From a virus (taxonomy: Duplodnaviria; Caudoviricetes), in IMG/VR virus record IMGVR_UViG_3300025358_000002, positions 42,866 to 106,865 of that record: a stretch of 64,000 bases of DNA. The stretch is one strand, 5' to 3'. Every line of letters begins with the position of its first letter. The stretch's first letter is position 1. Below, piece by piece: positions 30,242 to 39,270 of the stretch. The position numbers and the translations under genes were made by a program. The notes beneath the pieces were generated by a model. The model saw only the letters and a program-made list of their open reading frames with translations, made no database searches and was not told where the DNA came from.

Positions 30242-30618
30242 TGGAAACAAAAAAGCTTTCACAGTCCGGAGACATGGTCTTTGAACGTAACCTCGCTATC
30301 ATTGCTGGCAGGCGTCAGGAAGTACAGGTTTTCAGTGATGGGTTTGTTTACCAGGGATACCTCTGTGGCCTTGACGAGCAGTGGATTCAACTGTACGGTC
30401 ACGAAGAGAATGACGTAAACAACTACGATGCGAAGTGGCGTTTCCTCTTGATCAACAAGTCAAACGTATCAGCCATCGGTCCAACGGGTCAGAACCTAAC
30501 CGACCTCGATAGCGAGACACGTGAATGGGTGAGCAAGAAGATTCAAATCTTCTCAGACGTTTGTGATAACTTTGCATCAGTAAGAGGAGTTAAGAACAAT
30601 GGAAAAGAAAAGCTTTGA
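30241..30618 (+). CDS. Sm/Hfq-like fold protein (putative)
   Basis: VQVFSDGFVYQGYLCGLDEQWIQL (Sm1-like) and LLINKSNVSAIGP (Sm2-like); ATG 30241 with GGAGG RBS. Confidence 0.45.
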   Translation: METKKLSQSGDMVFERNLAIIAGRRQEVQVFSDGFVYQGYLCGLDEQWIQLYGHEENDVNNYDAKWRFLLINKSNVSAIGPTGQNLTDLDSETREWVSKKIQIFSDVCDNFASVRGVKNNGKEKL

Positions 30619-31060
30619 TGGTGACCCCACGAACTACGATGATGACAGCTACGATGATGTGGTTGAAGTCAAAGTGGTGGAGAGCCGTGAAGAATTAGTA
30701 GCGAACATCGATCTAACGAAAGCAACTCCACGTGAGTTGTTGATTTATTTCGCTGATCGTTTTAAGGAGACTCACGGCTATTCGTACAATGTCGAGTGGG
30801 TCAAGGAGTCTGCTATATTTAAGAGCTTTCTTGATCGCTATGGCGTTGACGCAGGCCCAATGGTTGCACTATTGTTTGATAACCATAAGGGCAAGCTGAA
30901 CGACCTGGTGATGACCGCAACAGCATTCAGCAAGGGTAGCAAGTGGATACAGGATACCCTGTACATTGAGCTACAGCAACAAAAGCAGAAAGAACAAAAC
31001 CGTAATAGCACGGAAGGATTGATGAGTACAGATGACTTCATTGAACGATTCGCTGTTTGA
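30599..31060 (+). CDS. hypothetical protein, possibly replication initiator
   Basis: 153 aa directly before helicase loader; function positional only. Confidence 0.5.
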   Translation: MEKKSFDGDPTNYDDDSYDDVVEVKVVESREELVANIDLTKATPRELLIYFADRFKETHGYSYNVEWVKESAIFKSFLDRYGVDAGPMVALLFDNHKGKLNDLVMTATAFSKGSKWIQDTLYIELQQQKQKEQNRNSTEGLMSTDDFIERFAV

Positions 31061-31832
31061 CTGGGGTAAGGACTACGTCGACCTCAAGTACGAGTTCCTT
31101 GATGACGAGGAGATCGATTACCTTGAGCAGAAGTATCCTCAGTTTGAGAAGTTCACAAAGCAGGGTTGCCCAACGTGCTTGGACAACACGTGCGGAGACT
31201 GCAAGCTACAGCTCCAGCTGTACAAGCACTACTCACGTGCAGGCATTGGGTTAAACTACCAGCGTCTTAGCTGGGGGGACTTCCACGGTGACGAGAAGGC
31301 TCTTGCTCTTGCCAGGATTTATCTTGGTCAGCACAAGGACTTCGTCAAGGGTGGTATGGGTATCCTTTACCACGGCACCTGGGGAACCGGCAAGACACTG
31401 CTCACTAGCCTGATCGCTAAGGAGCTTGTTAAGCTAGGCTATAGTGTTTACTTCGCCACGTTCACTCAGATGGTTGACGAGTTTACCCGTGGGTGGGGTA
31501 GCAACGATGACAAGGCACGCTTCGAGAGCAAGGTCGTCAAGAGCGACGTGTTCTTCTTGGACGACATTGGTAAGGAGTTTCGTACAAAGAACAACCTGAG
31601 CGAAGCAACGTTTGACCACGTCATGCGTCAGCGTGCACTGGACAATCGACCAACATTTATCACAACCAACATGGGCATCAATGAGTTGATGGATGGCTAC
31701 GGTGGTGCTATATTCTCTCTCCTGAAGGAGCGAGTAATCGAGCACAACATGGAAGGCATCGACTACCGTGAGTATGCCCGCAATCGTACTCTTGATGAAA
31801 TCAAGGACGGAACAGTAAGGAAGATCCTGTAA
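31032..31832 (+). CDS. dnaC: DnaC/IstB-like helicase loader ATPase
   Basis: CxxC..C..C, GTWGTGKT, FLDDIGKE, TFITTN. Confidence 0.85.
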   Translation: MTSLNDSLFDWGKDYVDLKYEFLDDEEIDYLEQKYPQFEKFTKQGCPTCLDNTCGDCKLQLQLYKHYSRAGIGLNYQRLSWGDFHGDEKALALARIYLGQHKDFVKGGMGILYHGTWGTGKTLLTSLIAKELVKLGYSVYFATFTQMVDEFTRGWGSNDDKARFESKVVKSDVFFLDDIGKEFRTKNNLSEATFDHVMRQRALDNRPTFITTNMGINELMDGYGGAIFSLLKERVIEHNMEGIDYREYARNRTLDEIKDGTVRKIL

Positions 31833-33112
31833 TGGACATTGAAAAAAGTTTAGTAAGACACTTCACGAACCTGGATAGCTTCAACGATATCTGGAACAAA
31901 GGTATCCGCAGCGAACACTTCTTTGACGAGGGTGTGCGCGAGCTGTTTGACTACAGTCTGGACTACTACATCCGTAGTGAGTTCAAGCAGACGGTAGACC
32001 AGGACTTCTTGGAGACCAAGTTCGCTGACTATTTTGCTCGTAACGAATGGCCAGAGGAACACTACCTGGTTGGTGTCCTCATTGAAGAGATGATGACCAA
32101 GTACCGCAAGGCTACGACGCAGAGCGTTCTGCTGAAGGCAGCTACGGCACTGGAGTCAGACCCTGAGGCTGGCATTGCGTTGGCACTGAGCAGTCTGTCA
32201 AAGATCCAGAACGACACCAGTACGCGTGAACGACTTGAGGTTTATGGTGAAGGATACGAACGTCGCGTTAACAACTACCTTGAGGAGGTAGCCAACCCTA
32301 CTCGTGACAAGAAGGGTATCTACTTAGGCTGGGATGAACTGAACGACCACATGTACGGCATTCAGAAGGGTGAGCTTGCGGTAGTCGTAGGTATCCCTAA
32401 CGTTGGTAAGTCCTGGGTAGGATCCGTCATCGCTCTGGAAGCAGCACGCCGTAAGAACAAGGTGTACTTTGCATCACTTGAGCTCCGCAAGGAACTGACC
32501 CTGATGCGATTGGACTGCTTGGCTAGCGGTGTACCCTACAGTCGTTACGAACGTGGACAGCTGACACCCAACGAGCTTCGTCGTCTGAAGGAAGCGCGTG
32601 AAGAGATCATGGAGTTCGGTGAGTACCTGATGATCGACTCGCCAGCACGCAAGAACGAACGTAGTGTCTTGGAACTGTACTCCAAGGCTAAGCACTGGGG
32701 TGCTGACATGGTGGTAGGTGACCAGTTGTCATGGGTTACTACAGAGAAGTCGTATGGTCAGGCTAGCAACGTACAGTCATTGCAGATGGCTGAGGTCATC
32801 ACTGACATTGCCAGTACCAACCGTGAGATGGGCATGGCATCCGTGTGGCTTGCACAGTTCAACCGTGAAGCCATGAAGAACAAAAAGGGTCGTGGTGGCC
32901 TGGGTAACATTGGTCTCTCATCACAGATTGAACAGATCGTGGACATGGCCATTGGTATCGGTGCTACCCGTGAGATGAAGCAGCAGGAAGCTCTCGTCAT
33001 GGACATCATGAAGTCACGTCGCAGTGACCTTAAGTCCTGGATGATGGGCTTTGAGCTCAAGGACCGCACGTCACTCAAGATTGTTCGTGAGTACGAGGAC
33101 GCATCAGAATGA
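31832..33112 (+). CDS. dnaB: DnaB-like replicative helicase
   Basis: GIPNVGKS, SLE, DQL, AQFNRE, IEQIVD, KSR. Confidence 0.9.
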   Translation: MDIEKSLVRHFTNLDSFNDIWNKGIRSEHFFDEGVRELFDYSLDYYIRSEFKQTVDQDFLETKFADYFARNEWPEEHYLVGVLIEEMMTKYRKATTQSVLLKAATALESDPEAGIALALSSLSKIQNDTSTRERLEVYGEGYERRVNNYLEEVANPTRDKKGIYLGWDELNDHMYGIQKGELAVVVGIPNVGKSWVGSVIALEAARRKNKVYFASLELRKELTLMRLDCLASGVPYSRYERGQLTPNELRRLKEAREEIMEFGEYLMIDSPARKNERSVLELYSKAKHWGADMVVGDQLSWVTTEKSYGQASNVQSLQMAEVITDIASTNREMGMASVWLAQFNREAMKNKKGRGGLGNIGLSSQIEQIVDMAIGIGATREMKQQEALVMDIMKSRRSDLKSWMMGFELKDRTSLKIVREYEDASE

Positions 33113-33261
33113 CGCGTCAGGACCTGTACGACAAACACCAGCCTTTGTTTCAATATCAAGGTCGCATAGGCAATGTGAACTACTGTGTAGGTTGCAAGGG
33201 TCCTAACAACACCCTGATTCAGAAGTGGCCGTGTGACGTGATCAGAGCACTCGATGCCTAA
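33109..33261 (+). CDS. small Zn-binding protein (50 aa, not in ORF track)
   Basis: MTRQDLYDKH...CVGC...WPCDVIRALDA*; fills gap, ATGA-coupled. Confidence 0.6.
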   Translation: MTRQDLYDKHQPLFQYQGRIGNVNYCVGCKGPNNTLIQKWPCDVIRALDA

Positions 33262-34273
33262 GGTACAGCTCAAAGAGATCTTCGCAGGTCTTGATGCTCG
33301 GGTAGTCTTACAGGATATCCTGGGCGTTGGTGAGATCCATGAGAATGGTGACGAGCTTATTCATAGCTGTCCGCTCCCATTCGGTGTACACAAGAACGGT
33401 GACCGTAGCCCCAGTGCCAGCCTGAACAAGGAGACTCTTCTGTTCAACTGCTTTGGTTGTGGTGGCGGCAGTGTCATCTGGCTTGCCCAGAATGTGCTGG
33501 GAGTAGACCGTGACGAGGCTATTTCCATCCTCAAGAACGAGGTGGTGGAGCTAAAGGTTGTAGCTATTGAGGACTTCATCAAGCGTCTGGAGGGTGTCTT
33601 CGGATCTGGTCCATGTGGCTTTGTTGAGATCCCTCACTACAGTGACAACATCATCAAGCGGTGGGAAGGTCCCTGTGATTACTTGGCCTCCAGAGGGGTC
33701 TCAGAGGCCGTACAGCGGGAGATGCGCACGGGCATAGAGACAGGTAGACTAGAAATAGCTAAGGCGCTTACAGGCGAACAGGCTGTCAAGGTTGATCGTG
33801 TGGTGATCCCTCACTTCATGAACGGCAGACTGATCGGTTGGGTTGCTCGCAAAGTTGAGGATGTTCAGGGTGTACCCAAGTACCGCAACTCCAAAGGATT
33901 CCCAAGGGGAGCCTGGCTGTATAACCTAGACAACGCCAAGGAGCATGACGAAGTGTACGTGGTGGAGAGCCCCATGAGCGTACTAGTCATGAAGTCCAGA
34001 GGGGTTAGGAACGTCGTAGCCACCTTCGGTGCCAAGGTCGATGCACAGCAGATCAACCTGCTGCGTAGGTTCAACAAGGTCAACATCTTTATGGACGGTG
34101 ACACTCCTGGTCGCATGGCTACCGATCACATCTTGGAAGAGTTACAAAATTATACGAAGCTTGGTATAATTATGACACCGGACGATGAAGATCCTGCTAC
34201 TATGGAGATTATCCCCACACCAACAAGTTCGTTTGAGTATCAGTTAAAACACCGTTTGACTTACAGTAGTTAA
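33254..34273 (+). CDS. dnaG: DNA primase (Zn finger + TOPRIM)
   Basis: CPLPFGVH...CFGC, PKYRNS, VVES, DGD. Confidence 0.9.
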   Translation: MPKVQLKEIFAGLDARVVLQDILGVGEIHENGDELIHSCPLPFGVHKNGDRSPSASLNKETLLFNCFGCGGGSVIWLAQNVLGVDRDEAISILKNEVVELKVVAIEDFIKRLEGVFGSGPCGFVEIPHYSDNIIKRWEGPCDYLASRGVSEAVQREMRTGIETGRLEIAKALTGEQAVKVDRVVIPHFMNGRLIGWVARKVEDVQGVPKYRNSKGFPRGAWLYNLDNAKEHDEVYVVESPMSVLVMKSRGVRNVVATFGAKVDAQQINLLRRFNKVNIFMDGDTPGRMATDHILEELQNYTKLGIIMTPDDEDPATMEIIPTPTSSFEYQLKHRLTYSS

Positions 34274-34284
34274 GCTGGTACTCT
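34256..34284 (+). promoter_or_regulatory. SigA-type promoter for SSB
   Basis: TTGACT-17nt-TACTCT with TG extension. Confidence 0.65.
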
Positions 34285-34337
34285 TATGAGTGCAGTAACC
34301 AAAATAGCCCTAGGGCTTCTAACAGAAAGACACCAAA

Positions 34338-35165
34338 ATGGCATTACAAAAAGGCATGGCCGCCGTTAAGGCCAGCATCGAACGGTCACAAAAGGGTTCA
34401 GGCCCCAAGACCTACACCGAAACAAATTGGTTCTACTGGACTGCAGGAGAAACAAAGCCTCTGCGCTTCCTCACGGACAGCAACGACATCTTTGTGGTCC
34501 CAGTCCACGAGAACGTACCAACCCACGATGGCAAGAAAAAAACTTTCGTATGCCGTTCAGTGTTCGACGCTTCCTGCGAGCTCTGTGCTCGTGAAAAGGG
34601 TACGCCTGGCGCATACCGTCGTGACGTGGGCTACGGCATCGCCGTGCTCCGCGAAGAGGTTTACGAAGAAGTAGATGGTCAGCGCAAGCTCACCGGCTAT
34701 CGCGACGTAACCACCACCTATGAAGAAACCGTTGACGGTAAGGTTGTCACCAAGAAGAAGCCATACGTGGGCATTGTCGCTCAGGGCATGCGCAACTTCT
34801 GGAACGCCATTGCCGTTATCAGCGAGAAGTACGGTAGCCTTCGTGACCGAGAGATCGAGATCATGCGCCAGGGGCAGGGAACTGACACCACGTACATGGC
34901 CTTTCCCTTGGACAAGAAGGAGATCGAGAACATCGACACTCGCTACACCAAGTTCCTTCCCGATATCGAGGCCTTCCTCAACCGCATCGGCAGCCAAGAG
35001 TACTACGATGCTCAGCTGCACGGCGTTGTTAAGGAGAAGGGTTCCACCTCCTCTCCCGTTGCTCCTTCAGCGTCGTCTGACGATGAATACGGTGATGAAG
35101 AATTCGTCGCTATCGAGGAAGAGACTACTGCAGACCGTCTGCGCCGGAAGATGGCAGGTCAGTAG
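34338..35165 (+). CDS. single-stranded DNA-binding protein (gp32-like)
   Basis: LRFL, H...C...CELC Zn site, RQGQGTDTTY, acidic C-terminal region. Confidence 0.8.
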   Translation: MALQKGMAAVKASIERSQKGSGPKTYTETNWFYWTAGETKPLRFLTDSNDIFVVPVHENVPTHDGKKKTFVCRSVFDASCELCAREKGTPGAYRRDVGYGIAVLREEVYEEVDGQRKLTGYRDVTTTYEETVDGKVVTKKKPYVGIVAQGMRNFWNAIAVISEKYGSLRDREIEIMRQGQGTDTTYMAFPLDKKEIENIDTRYTKFLPDIEAFLNRIGSQEYYDAQLHGVVKEKGSTSSPVAPSASSDDEYGDEEFVAIEEETTADRLRRKMAGQ

Positions 35166-35170
35166 TCAAC

Positions 35171-35251
35171 CATAGAGCAGGCCAGTGGAGTCAGTCAGCA
35201 ATTTTTCACCTTCCTTTCGGTTGTTGATTTGACTCCACTGGTCACTCTATG
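35171..35251 (+). other. long RNA hairpin (about 31 bp) with anti-SD-like loop
   Basis: Arms 35171-35203 / 35219-35251, five G:U pairs on + strand; loop UUUCACCUUCCUUUC. Confidence 0.7.
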
Positions 35252-35257
35252 TATAGT
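35229..35257 (+). promoter_or_regulatory. SigA-type promoter for dnaE, overlapping the hairpin's right arm
   Basis: TTGACT-17nt-TATAGT, ATG 9 nt downstream. Confidence 0.65.
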
Positions 35258-35266
35258 GAGTGAGAT

Positions 35267-38200
35267 ATGGAAAAGTTAGTTCACCTTCACGTTCACACGG
35301 AGCACAGCTTCCTTGATGGATTGCAAACAGTAGACCAGCTCGTAGAGCGAGTAGTTTCCCTTGACCAAGAAGCCGTAGCCATCACCGACCATGGTGAGTG
35401 CAGCGGTCACCTTCGTCTTCAGCATGCAGCAGATGCAGCTGGAATCAAGCCCATCTTTGGTATGGAGGGTTACTTCACTGAAGATCGGTTCGACAAGACC
35501 GGTAAGAAGGGTGAGAACTACGACCACATGACCATCGTGGCGATGAACGCCAAGGGGCTTGAGAACCTCTGGTCATTGTCTAGCATGGCATACATTGAGG
35601 GTAGCTACTACGGCAACCCACGCTTTGACTGGGAACTCCTGGAACGTTACAACGAGGGACTGATCGTCACTGGTGGTTGCATGGGTGGCTGCATTGGTAA
35701 GCACCTCAAGGATGACGGCATCTACCAGCGTGCTGTTGAACGCATTGGACGCTACCAAGCTATCTTCGGTGATCGTTTTCACCTGGAGCTGCACACCTAC
35801 CTTGACCCTGAGAGCAACGAGTGGAACTTGCGAGTGGCCGAAGCAGCCATTGACTATAGTGTTCCATTGATTGCTGTCAGTGACGCACACTACGCAGCAC
35901 CTGACCAGTGGTTCGCACACGAACTCATGACCGCTGTTCAGATGGGCAAGACCATCGACGACCCTACACGATTCAGCTACGGACCTAACCAGCTGTGCAT
36001 CTTCTCAGAGGAAGAGACTCGTAGTCGTCTAAGTTATTTGCCTGAGTCTATCGTTGACCAGGCAATTAGTCGTACCAATGAGATCGCACAGATGTGTGAC
36101 GCTCGTGTACCTGGCGCACGCAAGATGCCAGTGTTCTACAACACTCCTGAGATGGACGAGCGTAAGCTTCGTGAGTCTGTCGAGGAAGGGTTCAAGCGCA
36201 AGATCGAAGGCCACGTGTCAGAGGAAATGCTTCCTGTGTATCGTGAGCGTGTCGAATATGAAATGGATGTCATCATCAAGCGCGGTTTCCCTGGATACTT
36301 TTTAACAGTACAAGACATTATCAATTGGAGTAAAAATGAAAACTTTTTGGTTGGTCCTAGCCGCGGTTCAGTCGGCGGAAGCCTCCTTGCTTACGTTATG
36401 GACATCACTGAAGTCGATCCAATCCCCTCAGGCCTTATTTTTGAGCGGTTTCTTAATCCTGAGCGCGTCTCTATGCCTGATATTGACATTGATATGCCCA
36501 AGCTAGAGCGGGGCATGGTTCGTGATTACCTGGAGCGTAAGTATGGTCGCAACAACATTGCTTCCATCGGTACGCTGAATACACTGGGTGCACGACAGGC
36601 TATCCGTGACCTGTGCCGTGGCATGGGTATCAGCAAGGACGATGCAGCAGCAATGTCTGACATCATCGATGACGACTGGAACATCAAGAACCGTGGTGCT
36701 GACTGGGCTACCGTATACAAGCAGTACCGCTCAGAGTACGCACCGTGGGTTACCAAGTACCCACAGCTGTTCGAGACACTGCCTGAGGTGGTCAACCACA
36801 TTCGTCATGCCAGCGCACATGCTGCAGGCATTGTGATCAGCAAGGAACCACTGGTTGGTTCCATGCCACTACGCTACAGCCCAACCAACGATGACATCCG
36901 TACGCAGTTTGACATGGGTGACATCGACGAGCTGGGATTTGTAAAGATTGACTTGCTTGGTCTACGTACGTTGAGTACGCTGATGGCTACGCTTGACCTT
37001 ATCAAGGAGAACAACGATGGCGCCCTACCTTTCGATCATTTCTACGAATGGAACAACAACTGGTCCAAGTATTACGACGACAAAGATGTCTGGGACTCCA
37101 TCGGCACCGGTCACAATATTGGATGCTTCCAGATCGAGACAGGTTCCCTTAGAAACCTGGTTAAGCGATTCCTCCCCCGCAACATCGAAGACCTCTGCAC
37201 AATGATTGCCATCTACCGTCCGGGTATTACTCGAGCGGTGGACGCAGAGACTGGCCTGAATCTTCTGGAGATGTACATGCAGAAGCGAGAGGGCAAGCGC
37301 AAAGTAAAGTACAAGCACCCTAAGCTCGAGAAGATCCTCGGTGTATCGTACGGTAGCTTTGTGTACCAGGAGCAGATCATGGAGACGTGTGTCGAGCTGG
37401 CTGGGTACACCATTGTAGAGACTGACCGTGTTCGCAAGGCAGTGGCCAAGTCTAACTACGAAGACATGGTGGAAGAAGCTGAGATCTTTGTGCGCAAGTG
37501 TGTGGACAACGGCATCAGCACCGAGGTTGCTAAATCCATCTTCGATGACATGCGTGCCTTTGGTATGTATGGATTCAACAAGAGCCACGGATATGGTTAT
37601 TCTATGTTAACCTATTGGACTGCATGGATTAAGCACCACTACCCACGTGAGTACATGACCGCCCTGTTCCGCACGAACCCCAAGGACAGCGTTGTCTACA
37701 CACGTGAAGCTCGTCGCATGGGCATTGAGGTGTTGGGACCAGACATCAACGAGAGCGGTGGTAACTTCACCCTCACCAGTTCTGGCAGTATCCGATATGG
37801 CTTGAACAGTGTCAAGTACATCTCTGGGTCTGCTCAAGAACTGCAGAAGCTTGGACCTTTCTCTAGCATGGAAGACTTCGTAGCACGTGTTCCTTCCAAG
37901 AAGGTAAACAAGCGAGCAGTAATTGCCATGATTAAGTGTGGTGTGTTTGATAGCATATGTGGAGACGCCAGGACAGCTATGAGGCAGTACCTGGAAGCCC
38001 GTAAGGAGAAGAATCTTGATAGCGTTTGCCGTAATGATTGTCTACATTGCTTGGGTCATCTTAGCGTGTTTGATTGCATCGTGGATGTACAAGAGAATGT
38101 CATGGCACGTGGCCAGAACGAACACGAACTACTGGGAACTATGGTTAGTGTTGATCCTCTTGCTGATTATCTTGCATTGATTGAAGAAGAGCACAACTTC

Positions 38201-38542
38201 CCGGGAGAGAAGAAGATGTTCCAAGGAGAGAAGGCTATGATTGGTGGCATGATCTCGCAGGTTAAAGAGCTGGTCACCAAGAAGGGAAAGAACCCTGGAG
38301 CAGAGATGTGCCAGGTGTGGATCGAGCTACCCATTGACAGTGTTGAAGACGAGTTGTCTATCGATGACGAGGAAGCCACCAAGGATGACAACGTACAGGT
38401 CGTAGCATTCCCTGATACCTACAAACGTATCAAGGGTGACATCCAGGTAGGCACTCCAGTCCTGGTGCAGGTAGAAAAGCTCCGCGATGGGCTGAGTCTC
38501 AAGAGCATCTTCCGTCTTGACAAGTTGAAAGAAGCCTGCTAG
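35267..38542 (+). CDS. dnaE: DNA polymerase III alpha subunit
   Basis: PHP domain HLHVHTEHS/TDHG, RGS, FERFLNPER.SMPDIDID, KIDLLGL, YGFNKSH; no intein seen. Confidence 0.97.
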   Translation: MEKLVHLHVHTEHSFLDGLQTVDQLVERVVSLDQEAVAITDHGECSGHLRLQHAADAAGIKPIFGMEGYFTEDRFDKTGKKGENYDHMTIVAMNAKGLENLWSLSSMAYIEGSYYGNPRFDWELLERYNEGLIVTGGCMGGCIGKHLKDDGIYQRAVERIGRYQAIFGDRFHLELHTYLDPESNEWNLRVAEAAIDYSVPLIAVSDAHYAAPDQWFAHELMTAVQMGKTIDDPTRFSYGPNQLCIFSEEETRSRLSYLPESIVDQAISRTNEIAQMCDARVPGARKMPVFYNTPEMDERKLRESVEEGFKRKIEGHVSEEMLPVYRERVEYEMDVIIKRGFPGYFLTVQDIINWSKNENFLVGPSRGSVGGSLLAYVMDITEVDPIPSGLIFERFLNPERVSMPDIDIDMPKLERGMVRDYLERKYGRNNIASIGTLNTLGARQAIRDLCRGMGISKDDAAAMSDIIDDDWNIKNRGADWATVYKQYRSEYAPWVTKYPQLFETLPEVVNHIRHASAHAAGIVISKEPLVGSMPLRYSPTNDDIRTQFDMGDIDELGFVKIDLLGLRTLSTLMATLDLIKENNDGALPFDHFYEWNNNWSKYYDDKDVWDSIGTGHNIGCFQIETGSLRNLVKRFLPRNIEDLCTMIAIYRPGITRAVDAETGLNLLEMYMQKREGKRKVKYKHPKLEKILGVSYGSFVYQEQIMETCVELAGYTIVETDRVRKAVAKSNYEDMVEEAEIFVRKCVDNGISTEVAKSIFDDMRAFGMYGFNKSHGYGYSMLTYWTAWIKHHYPREYMTALFRTNPKDSVVYTREARRMGIEVLGPDINESGGNFTLTSSGSIRYGLNSVKYISGSAQELQKLGPFSSMEDFVARVPSKKVNKRAVIAMIKCGVFDSICGDARTAMRQYLEARKEKNLDSVCRNDCLHCLGHLSVFDCIVDVQENVMARGQNEHELLGTMVSVDPLADYLALIEEEHNFPGEKKMFQGEKAMIGGMISQVKELVTKKGKNPGAEMCQVWIELPIDSVEDELSIDDEEATKDDNVQVVAFPDTYKRIKGDIQVGTPVLVQVEKLRDGLSLKSIFRLDKLKEAC

Positions 38543-38570
38543 TGTTGGCCTCAGTAGGAAAGGAGTACGA

Positions 38571-38708
38571 ATGTCTCGTACAGTGAGCATGAAGAAGTGG
38601 GAATGCCCTAAGTGCAAGAACGAGGTGGAAGCAATTGCTAGTGCAGTTGCGCACCGATGCCCCAGCAACAAGAACGCTTTTACGGCGTACGAATTAAAGG
38701 AGAAATAA
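38571..38708 (+). CDS. small Zn-ribbon protein (45 aa)
   Basis: GAAAGGAG RBS; WECPKC...HRC. Confidence 0.6.
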   Translation: MSRTVSMKKWECPKCKNEVEAIASAVAHRCPSNKNAFTAYELKEK

Positions 38709-39028
38709 TGTCAGAGTATGAATACCAACAGCTCGAGAACAGCAAGATCAGTCTGTCTGTTCACAAGGCAGAGAACTGCATGGGTGATGTGTGCACCATC
38801 CACAAGCGCACTGACCACAGCATGAGACGGTTCCCCCAGATGTGGAGAGCAGATCGCAAGATCATGGAGCGCACATGTCCTCATGGCGTAGGTCACCCAG
38901 ATCCAGACGAGTACAAAATCATCGAAGGCATCGATGACGGTGAACATGCATGTGACGGTTGCTGCATTCAATTCTCGGATGAGGAGCCTGACTACGAAAC
39001 ACTACGCAAGCAGGCTGAAGGTGAGTAA
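38708..39028 (+). CDS. hypothetical Cys/His-rich protein
   Basis: C.IH...MERTCPHGVGHPDPD...HACDGCC; start moved to ATG 38708 (AGGAG RBS). Confidence 0.65.
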   Translation: MSEYEYQQLENSKISLSVHKAENCMGDVCTIHKRTDHSMRRFPQMWRADRKIMERTCPHGVGHPDPDEYKIIEGIDDGEHACDGCCIQFSDEEPDYETLRKQAEGE

Positions 39029-39164
39029 TCCCTGTGACCACCTCGTTGGATACGATCACAAGGGTAGACCTGTGATGGCCAATGCCCAAGACAAAAGTAT
39101 TATCTGGGATCATTTCTTTTACTGTCCACTATGCGGAGATAAAATCGATGGAAATTGTCGTTGA
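39021..39164 (+). CDS. small Zn-binding protein
   Basis: CDH...FFYCPLCG; GTG start. Confidence 0.45.
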   Translation: MSNPCDHLVGYDHKGRPVMANAQDKSIIWDHFFYCPLCGDKIDGNCR

Positions 39165-39270
39165 CGTTACATTGAAAACTTACAATGCGATAGCTAAGAT
39201 AGCTGAATCAAACGGATTGAATGTAGAGCAATGGTTGCAATACCATTTAGAGGAGGAATATGGCTACTAA
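39148..39270 (+). CDS. small hypothetical (ribbon-helix-helix-like) protein
   Basis: 40 aa MEIVVDV...IAESNGLNVEQWL. Confidence 0.4.
   Translation: MEIVVDVTLKTYNAIAKIAESNGLNVEQWLQYHLEEEYGY

Noticed and set aside
35267-38542. Intein or intron in dnaE (also checked dnaB, recA, terL)
   Set aside because: Lengths are normal and no splice-junction or LAGLIDADG motifs were noticed
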